DNA of 64,000 nucleotides from Myxococcota bacterium (GTDB lineage Bacteria; Myxococcota_A; Polyangia; Polyangiales; Houyiibacteriaceae): NCBI GenBank assembly GCA_039030515.1, contig JBCCEA010000004.1, positions 32,001 to 96,000 of the forward strand, read 5' to 3'. Shown piece by piece: positions 57,350 to 64,000 of this stretch (position 1 is its first letter; each line of letters starts with the position of its first letter). The notes under the pieces were generated by a model. It saw only the letters and a program-made list of their open reading frames with translations, ran no database searches and was not told where the DNA came from. The position numbers and the translations under genes were made by a program.

Positions 57350-60124
57350 ATGAGCGCCTCAAAGATGCCTCCGACATACAGTCCTATCGAGACCGAAGAG
57401 CGATGGTCTCGGTTTTGGGAGGAGGGGGAGTTCTTCACCGCAAGCGTGGCACACGACGATGTGCGACCCACCTACACACTGGTGATGCCTCCGCCCAACG
57501 TGACCGGTACACTTCACATCGGTCACGCGTGTCGCACCACATTTGAAGACGTACTGGTGCGACGCAAACGCATGCAGGGATTCAACACGCTGTGGGTTCC
57601 AGGAACAGATCACGCAGGAATTGCGACCCAGGTAGTTGTAGAGCGCCAGCTCAAGCGCGAAGGCCTCACCCGTCACGATCTGGGCCGAGAACGCTTCATC
57701 AAACGAATCTGGGAGTGGAAAGAACAGTCCGGGGGAGCGATTCTCAAGCAAATCCAGCGCCTCGGAGGATCGTGTGATCGGTCTAGAGAGCGCTTCACAA
57801 TGGAACCTGACCTCTCTTATGCCGTGCAGGAAGCCTTCATCCGTCTCTACAATGAGGGTCTGATCTATCGGGATACGCGACTCGTCAACTGGGACGTCGA
57901 ATCGCGCACCGTTCTATCCGATCTCGAGGTGGAGACAGAACAGCAGGTTTCAGGAGAACTCTTTGATTTTGCCTACCCTATCGAAGGGGAGGAAGGGGAG
58001 CTGGTCGTATCCACCACGCGACCGGAAACCATGCTGGGTGATACCGCGGTCGCGATCCATCCTGAAGATCCTCGCTACCTACACCTACACGGCAAATATG
58101 TAAGGCATCCGTTCCTGGATCGCTCGATTCCTATCGTCACCGACGCAATCCTCGTCGATCCGGAGTTCGGAACCGGCGCAGTCAAAGTCACCCCGGCCCA
58201 CGACTGGAACGATTTTGAAACCGGAAAGCGGCATGGTCTGCCCCAGATCAACCTGCTGAATCCGGATGGAACCCTGAACGAGGAAGCCGGCGAATTCCAA
58301 GGAATGGATCGGTTCGAAGCCCGTAAGGCGGTCAAAGCCAGACTGGAGGCAATTGGCCTCGCTCGCGGCTCGACCAAGCACATGATGACCCTTCCTCGCT
58401 CGCAGCGCTCAGGAACCATCGTAGAGCCCATCATTTCCACGCAATGGTTTGTACGGATGGAGCCCTTGGCGGCGCCGGCTATCGAAGCGGTGGAAAACGG
58501 GACGATTCAAATCGTTCCTGAAGATTGGCAAAAGACATATTTTCACTGGATGCGTAATATACACAACTGGTGTATCTCGAGACAGCTTTGGTGGGGACAT
58601 CCGATTCCGGCTTGGTATTGCAAGAAGTGCGAGCAGGTTCACGTTGCCGCAAGCCCCCCCCAAACGTGCACGGCCTGTGGCAACGACGAGTTCGTTCAGG
58701 ATGAAGATGTCCTCGATACCTGGTTCAGTTCCGCACTTTGGCCTTTCTCTACCTTAGGATGGCCCAACACCGAATCCCGAGAGTTGAAACGTTTCTACCC
58801 CACCGCCGATTTGGAGACCGGTTACGATATCCTCTTTTTCTGGGTCGCCCGTATGATCATGATGGGCCTGCACTTCACCGGTCAGGTCCCCTTCAAGAGG
58901 GTGCTTCTCGCAGGTCTGGTTACGGACGAGCGAGGCGAAAAGATGAGTAAGGTCAAGGGCAACGTGATCGACCCGATCGACGTCATCCAAGGTGCGTCCA
59001 TCGAGTCGATCTTGGCCAAGGCGAAACAGGCTGGCGCCAAGGACTCGGCCCTAAAGTATCTGAAAAAAACCTATCCCGACGGCCTTGCAACCCACGGGGC
59101 AGACGCGCTTCGCATGGCGCTCATGAGCTACGCCCCCGGATCGCGGCGCATCGCGTTGTCCATCAAGCGCATCGAGACCTATCGTAACTTCACCAACAAG
59201 CTCTGGAACGCGTCCCGATTCAGTCTGATGAATCTCGAAGGGACCGGCACGCAGAGTACGGGATCGCCTCCGGTGAACCCGGAGGTACTCGTCAACCGCT
59301 GGATTCTTGCCCGCCTTGCGACCGTGATCGAAGGCGTGACCCAGGGTCTCGACGAGTATCGCGGGGACGAAGCGTCGTCAGCCGTCTATCACTTTCTGTG
59401 GGACGAGTTCTGCGACTGGTATCTCGAACTCACCAAGCCTCTGCTCGCAAGCGATCGGCGGGAAATCGCGGTCGAAACGAGGCAAACGCTGATGCACGTG
59501 CTCGAAACGACCCTTCGATTGCTCCATCCGATGATGCCTTTTATCACCGAAGAAATTTGGCAGCGAATCGATAAAACGGAAGCTCCAACGAGCATTTGCC
59601 TTGCACCTTATCCCGTCGCTGCAGTGGAGGGGCGAGCGGATCCCGAGGCCGTTCGAGAAATGGAACATCTGAAGTCTTTTGTGGTGAAAACACGAACCAT
59701 CCGTGCAGAGCACGACTTGCCGAACAGCCGGTCGATCGACGTCTACTGGCACACCCCGGAAGCACAGGTGGCACGCGTACTCGAAGAGCAGCAAGCACTG
59801 ATCGAACGGCTCACGGGAGCCACGATTCATCGAGTAAAGACCCCAGAGGAACTGCAGCATCACACCGCCGCCGCTACCTTCGTACTCGAACCGCTACGTG
59901 GCGTCGTACCCGATGTGGTGGACTCAGAGCGAGAGCGAGAGCGGCTTGGCCGTGAACTAAAGCGAGTCGAGAAAGACCTCGCCATCGTATCGAAGAAGCT
60001 GGGAAATCCTTCCTTTATCGATCGCGCACCGGCCGAGGTGGTTCAAAAAGAACGAACCCGTCTCGCCACACTCACCGAGCAGCGCGCCAAGCTGAGCTCG
60101 GCCATCGCTGCACTGCCCGCTTAG
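57350..60124 (+). CDS. valS: Valine--tRNA ligase
   Basis: PPPNVTG.LHIGH, GTDHAGIATQ, WCISRQLWWGH, DVLDTWFSS, KMSKV, C-terminal coiled coil. Confidence 0.98.
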   Translation: MSASKMPPTYSPIETEERWSRFWEEGEFFTASVAHDDVRPTYTLVMPPPNVTGTLHIGHACRTTFEDVLVRRKRMQGFNTLWVPGTDHAGIATQVVVERQLKREGLTRHDLGRERFIKRIWEWKEQSGGAILKQIQRLGGSCDRSRERFTMEPDLSYAVQEAFIRLYNEGLIYRDTRLVNWDVESRTVLSDLEVETEQQVSGELFDFAYPIEGEEGELVVSTTRPETMLGDTAVAIHPEDPRYLHLHGKYVRHPFLDRSIPIVTDAILVDPEFGTGAVKVTPAHDWNDFETGKRHGLPQINLLNPDGTLNEEAGEFQGMDRFEARKAVKARLEAIGLARGSTKHMMTLPRSQRSGTIVEPIISTQWFVRMEPLAAPAIEAVENGTIQIVPEDWQKTYFHWMRNIHNWCISRQLWWGHPIPAWYCKKCEQVHVAASPPQTCTACGNDEFVQDEDVLDTWFSSALWPFSTLGWPNTESRELKRFYPTADLETGYDILFFWVARMIMMGLHFTGQVPFKRVLLAGLVTDERGEKMSKVKGNVIDPIDVIQGASIESILAKAKQAGAKDSALKYLKKTYPDGLATHGADALRMALMSYAPGSRRIALSIKRIETYRNFTNKLWNASRFSLMNLEGTGTQSTGSPPVNPEVLVNRWILARLATVIEGVTQGLDEYRGDEASSAVYHFLWDEFCDWYLELTKPLLASDRREIAVETRQTLMHVLETTLRLLHPMMPFITEEIWQRIDKTEAPTSICLAPYPVAAVEGRADPEAVREMEHLKSFVVKTRTIRAEHDLPNSRSIDVYWHTPEAQVARVLEEQQALIERLTGATIHRVKTPEELQHHTAAATFVLEPLRGVVPDVVDSERERERLGRELKRVEKDLAIVSKKLGNPSFIDRAPAEVVQKERTRLATLTEQRAKLSSAIAALPA

Positions 60125-60204
60125 CTCGGGTGCTGAGTAGTTTGAGGACTGAGCGATGGACTGCAGTTCGGACGAACCTAGGCGCTCGATCGAGACCAAA
60201 CGGG

Positions 60205-60750
60205 CTAAGACGCACTCATTTGGATGCGGTTGCCGCAAATCGATACACCCTCGTGCTCCAGCAGAGCTCGCTTTCGTTCCACACCGCCCGCGTATCCGCC
60301 AAGCTTCAAGCTAGATTCCACCACTCGATGGCAGGGCACCACGATGGGAATCGGATTGTTTGCGTTGGCCATACCGACTGCTCGAGCAGCTCGAGGCGCC
60401 CCGATTGCGGAAGCGATCGAAGCGTAGGACTGCACTTTACCGAATGGAATGTCACGTAGCGCTCGCCAGACGCGGTTTTGAAACTCGGTACCCTGCATAT
60501 CTAGCGGAAGTTCTTTAAACGCATCGACCGCGCCTTCGGCATAGCGCCGAAAAGGCCCCGCAAACATCAGAGGCACATTACGCTGGGGAAGAGTCGAAAG
60601 TTCAGAAGGTTCATCGTCGAAACCTACGGACAAAAGCCCCCTCGCGGTCCAGGTGACCCACAGTCTCCCGACGATCTGCAAAGTAAGCGTGCCCCAACCC
60701 CGAACGGCGAGATGATTCGGCTCTACTTCGGTGATACGTTGCGTTTCCAT
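60205..60750 (-). CDS. ogt: Methylated-DNA-[protein]-cysteine S-methyltransferase
   Basis: GTEFQNRVW, IPFG...SY, ARAVG, NPIPIVVPCHRVV, GGYAGG. Confidence 0.93.
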   Translation of the reverse strand: METQRITEVEPNHLAVRGWGTLTLQIVGRLWVTWTARGLLSVGFDDEPSELSTLPQRNVPLMFAGPFRRYAEGAVDAFKELPLDMQGTEFQNRVWRALRDIPFGKVQSYASIASAIGAPRAARAVGMANANNPIPIVVPCHRVVESSLKLGGYAGGVERKRALLEHEGVSICGNRIQMSAS

Positions 60751-61372
60751 GATGCGTTTGTCCGTAACGTTTGTGTTTTTCAGCTTGATGACGGGTTGCG
60801 CTCCGAGTCTACGCGCCGTGCAGCAAAGCACCACGTACTTTGAGCGATGTCATGCGGCAGATGCCGATCCAAACCTGTCCGTTGAGGACAAACTTGCATG
60901 CTGGGATGTATGGCTGGCGCACTATACCTATGGGCAGTCGAATCATCGCGTTCGATACGCTGAGCGACGACGCGCAGGACTGATGCAGGGTGAACGCATG
61001 CCGCCTCTACCCGGTGGTGACCGCGCCGAAGTTCATACGCTGCGCCCCGAGCACGCTTCAAATGAGCACGCTTCAAATGAAGCAGCCCCCGACGTTGCAG
61101 CCGATCGAGCGGCGCCCCCTCCCGAGGCAATCGAGCAGCAACAAGCCTCTCTCACGTTTTCAAATCGGCCTCCGGACGTCGCGAGTCGCCGAGAGATACG
61201 AGCGCTCGACCGGCAGCGCCCTCCCCCTCCGCCCACCCGCAGCGAAACGCCATGCGCCCACCTCTGCGATCCGAAATGGGACCGTTGCGCCGCGCCTTGC
61301 GTCAACCGGCAGCGAGGATGTCTTGCGGCGTGCCGTACGGAGCATAGGATCTGTTTGTCGGCCTGTTACTGA
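60749..61372 (+). CDS. Cys-rich hypothetical lipoprotein
   Basis: Lipobox MTGC; YFERC, CW..W, Pro-rich linker with a 15-bp duplication (EHASN x2, 61049-61078), CxxxC-rich tail. Confidence 0.7.
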   Translation: MMRLSVTFVFFSLMTGCAPSLRAVQQSTTYFERCHAADADPNLSVEDKLACWDVWLAHYTYGQSNHRVRYAERRRAGLMQGERMPPLPGGDRAEVHTLRPEHASNEHASNEAAPDVAADRAAPPPEAIEQQQASLTFSNRPPDVASRREIRALDRQRPPPPPTRSETPCAHLCDPKWDRCAAPCVNRQRGCLAACRTEHRICLSACY

Positions 61373-61454
61373 AGACAGACGATGTGCAGTGCGTGCTCGA
61401 GCTAAGAGCTAGGGCGCAGAGCGCCAAGTGCGCACTCTGCTATGGTCGACGGTG

Positions 61455-62741
61455 ATGGATGTTGTCGGCGATGCATTGCTTGGCGCCGCGTTACTCGCCC
61501 TTTTGGCTTATGGGGTAGGTTTCGCGTGCACGGCCATCCACCTACATCGAGCCTTGGTGGCGCCGCGCGACCGCTTACCTCCCATGCTCGGAGCTCGAAG
61601 TACAACTCGCACCACACCAACAAGACTCGATGTCCACAATCCCTCCGGGGCGCCGCCCGACGAACCTCTACCTCCCATTTCGCTGCTGAAGCCCTTGAAG
61701 GGCCTCGAAGAAGAACTCGAAACCAACCTGCGTTCCTACTACGAGCAAGACTATCCGGTTCCTTTCGAGATCGTCTTTGCGACCACCGAACCTCGAGATC
61801 CAGGTCTCGTTGTCGCTCAGAAGGTCGCCGCAGACTATCCGCGTATCCAGACTCGGTTCGTTCGATCCAATCCCAATTTCGGTCTGAATCCTAAAGTCGC
61901 GAACCTCTCCGGTGCGCTAAGCGCAGCCCAGCACGATCTCGTCTTTCAGTCGGACGCCAACGTGCGTATTTCCTCCGGCTACCTTCGTAAGCTCGTCAAC
62001 GAAATGCGGGCAGCAGAGGCATCCCTTGTCACGAGCCTCATCACGGGGGTGGGTGAACGTTCGGTCGGCGCCGCGATGGAAAACCTCCAGCTCTCTGCCC
62101 ACATCACCCCCGATCGATGCGCCGCGCTCCACATCGGGGGCGTGCCTTGCGTCGTGGGAAAATCCATGTTGCTGCACGCCGGAGAGCTGCACGAGCTCGG
62201 CGGACTCGCATGCGTGCGCAACGTCCTCTGCGAAGACTTCATCTTGGGAGCGCGCTATCGGAATGCCGGCAAACGCGTTTTGCTGAGCGCAACGATGGCG
62301 CAAAACGTCAATCGAGACATCAGCATCCGTCAGTTTCTCTCCCGTCACTCGCGGTGGCTGAAAATGCGGGCGGTCATACACCGAGGCAGCTTTGTGGCAG
62401 AACTGCTGAGCAATCCGGTGGCGCTCGCCACAATTGCCCTGCCTTTTTCCGGCGGAAACGCCGCTGCAGGTGGATTTTGGGCCGCGGTGGTATTGGCAAA
62501 AATGGTTGGAGACGCCTCACTTTTACGACTCACCCGCGGTAACGGAATGCATCCGTCCTATCTTGTTGTCGTCCCTTTCAAGGATCTACTGATGGCGTTT
62601 GTGTGGGTGCACAGTCTCTTTTCTCGTTCGGTACGATGGCGGGGACGAAAACTGCGATTCGGTGCCGGAAGTCGATTGAGAGAGGACGATGGGACCCTGC
62701 CTTTGCGGGTACTGCGTCGACTGTTCGGATTCAGGAAGTAG
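61455..62741 (+). CDS. GT21/GT2 ceramide glucosyltransferase-like (HpnI-like) glycosyltransferase
   Basis: ISLLKPLKG, QDYP, NPKVANL, SDAN, ED, RHSRW, V.WRG; N- and C-terminal TMs. Confidence 0.88.
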   Translation: MDVVGDALLGAALLALLAYGVGFACTAIHLHRALVAPRDRLPPMLGARSTTRTTPTRLDVHNPSGAPPDEPLPPISLLKPLKGLEEELETNLRSYYEQDYPVPFEIVFATTEPRDPGLVVAQKVAADYPRIQTRFVRSNPNFGLNPKVANLSGALSAAQHDLVFQSDANVRISSGYLRKLVNEMRAAEASLVTSLITGVGERSVGAAMENLQLSAHITPDRCAALHIGGVPCVVGKSMLLHAGELHELGGLACVRNVLCEDFILGARYRNAGKRVLLSATMAQNVNRDISIRQFLSRHSRWLKMRAVIHRGSFVAELLSNPVALATIALPFSGGNAAAGGFWAAVVLAKMVGDASLLRLTRGNGMHPSYLVVVPFKDLLMAFVWVHSLFSRSVRWRGRKLRFGAGSRLREDDGTLPLRVLRRLFGFRK

Positions 62742-62745
62742 TCGA

Positions 62746-64000
62746 TCAGTGTGCGTCGCCCCAATTGGATCCCGCACCGAGTTCGACGACCAGTGGAACG
62801 CTGAGCTCAATGGCCTGCTCCATCTCCTGACGTACTGAATACTCGACCTGTTTTTGTTCCTGCTTAGGCAGCTCGAACACCAGTTCATCATGAACGGTAA
62901 GCAGCATGCGACAGGAGAGGTTCTCTGCCCTAAGCCTCCGATGCACGCGCACCATCGCGACCTTCATGATGTCTGCCGCGGTGCCTTGAATCGGGGTGTT
63001 CCTGGCGATCCGCTCGGCTGCCGCCCGGAGGTGATGATTGCGGCTCCGAAGGTCCGGCAGCGGACGACGACGTCCCATGAGAGTGGTCACACAGCCCTGC
63101 TCGCGCCCCTCTTCGATGACCCGCTGCATCAAGGTTCGAACCCCCTGATAGCGCTCAAAGAACGCATCGATATACCGCTTGGCCTCGTTTCGAGAGATGC
63201 CTAGGTTCCTCGCTAGGGCAAACTGAGTTTGTCCGTAGATCACCGCGAAGTTGACGGTTTTGGCTTGGTTTCGCATGTGTCTATCGACTGCAGATTCGTC
63301 GACACCAAAGAGCGCAGACGCCGTGCGTCGATGCACGTCAAGACCCGTGCGATAGGCCTCAACGAGTGCCTCATCCTGAGAAAGATGGGCCAAGATGCGC
63401 AGTTCGATTTGCGAATAGTCCGCAGCGAGCATGATCCATCCGTCATGCGGGATGAACGCTTCTCGAACGCGCCTGCCTCGCTCAGAGCGGATGGGGATGT
63501 TCTGCAGATTGGGCTCCACACTGGACAGTCTGCCGGTGCGGGCAACCGACTGCTCATACCTCGTATGAATCCGGCCCGTTCCTTCAGCCACCTGAGCCGG
63601 CAGCGCATCGAGGTAGGTACTCTTCAATTTCGCGAGCGCCCTGTAGTCGAGAATCACTTTCGGTAGCTCATGCACACCAGCGAGCTCCTCGAGCACGTCA
63701 TGATCGGTGGACCGGGCGGTCTTGGTGCGCTTGAGAACAGGGAGCTCGAGCTCGTCAAAGAGGACCGCTTCGAGCTGTCTCGGCGAGCTCACGAGAAACG
63801 AACGACCCGCGAGCTCAAAGCATTTGGCCTCTAGGCGGGCGAGCTCAGCGGTAACCTCCTCTGAGAGTTCGGACAGGAGCGCGACATCGACTCGGATGCC
63901 GGTTTCTTCCATTTCAGCGAGAACCTCGGCGAGAGGCAACTCCATCTCTTCATAGAGGGGGGCAAGACCGGCGGAGGCGAGTCTTTCGGAGAGCAGAGCC
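62746..64000 (-). CDS. polA: DNA polymerase I, C-terminal polymerase domain (5'-partial)
   Basis: TGRLSS..PNLQNIP, ADYSQIELRILAH, AKTVNFAVIYG, NTPIQGTAAD, VHDELV; frame stays open to the window edge. Confidence 0.97.
   Translation of the reverse strand, partial: ALLSERLASAGLAPLYEEMELPLAEVLAEMEETGIRVDVALLSELSEEVTAELARLEAKCFELAGRSFLVSSPRQLEAVLFDELELPVLKRTKTARSTDHDVLEELAGVHELPKVILDYRALAKLKSTYLDALPAQVAEGTGRIHTRYEQSVARTGRLSSVEPNLQNIPIRSERGRRVREAFIPHDGWIMLAADYSQIELRILAHLSQDEALVEAYRTGLDVHRRTASALFGVDESAVDRHMRNQAKTVNFAVIYGQTQFALARNLGISRNEAKRYIDAFFERYQGVRTLMQRVIEEGREQGCVTTLMGRRRPLPDLRSRNHHLRAAAERIARNTPIQGTAADIMKVAMVRVHRRLRAENLSCRMLLTVHDELVFELPKQEQKQVEYSVRQEMEQAIELSVPLVVELGAGSNWGDAH

Noticed and set aside
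1..64000. tRNA, rRNA, IS elements, integrases, prophage
   Set aside because: No recognisable signatures by eye; tRNAscan/Infernal/ISEScan would be needed to exclude them fully

Overview
A GC-rich, gene-dense chromosomal segment from a myxobacterium (Myxococcota, probably Polyangiales-like). The assignment is inferred from romR next to valS, a Glt/Nfs-type TPR operon, a pph1-like phosphatase and Cys-rich 'NGxETDxDCGG' lipoprotein repeats. About 45 genes are supportable, two of them cut by the window edges: a Cys-repeat lipoprotein on the left and polA on the right. I saw no rRNA, tRNA, CRISPR array or transposase. Two candidates stand out. (1) 2353-3816 is a stand-alone, carrier-less protein whose motifs follow, in order, those of the actin cross-linking domain (ACD, glutamine-synthetase-like ligase fold) as I recall it from Vibrio VgrG1/MARTX. 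(2) 16070-29730 is a Glt/Nfs-like gltC-D-E-F-G set with two unknown secreted proteins that runs, on the same strand, into an OM beta-barrel plus a short OPX/Wza polysaccharide exporter. It converges on UDP-sugar dehydrogenases and a WbpA/WbpB/WbpD-type pathway, which suggests a gliding-machine paralogue dedicated to polysaccharide export or positioning. Other points are an arsS/AhpD pair without arsM, an alternative sigma-70 with a candidate sigma-54 promoter and a natural Q437H-equivalent, a stand-alone MshEN receptor, a repeated leaderless-promoter signature, and short tandem duplications spanning stop codons. All family calls come from motifs read by eye, and no database search was run.
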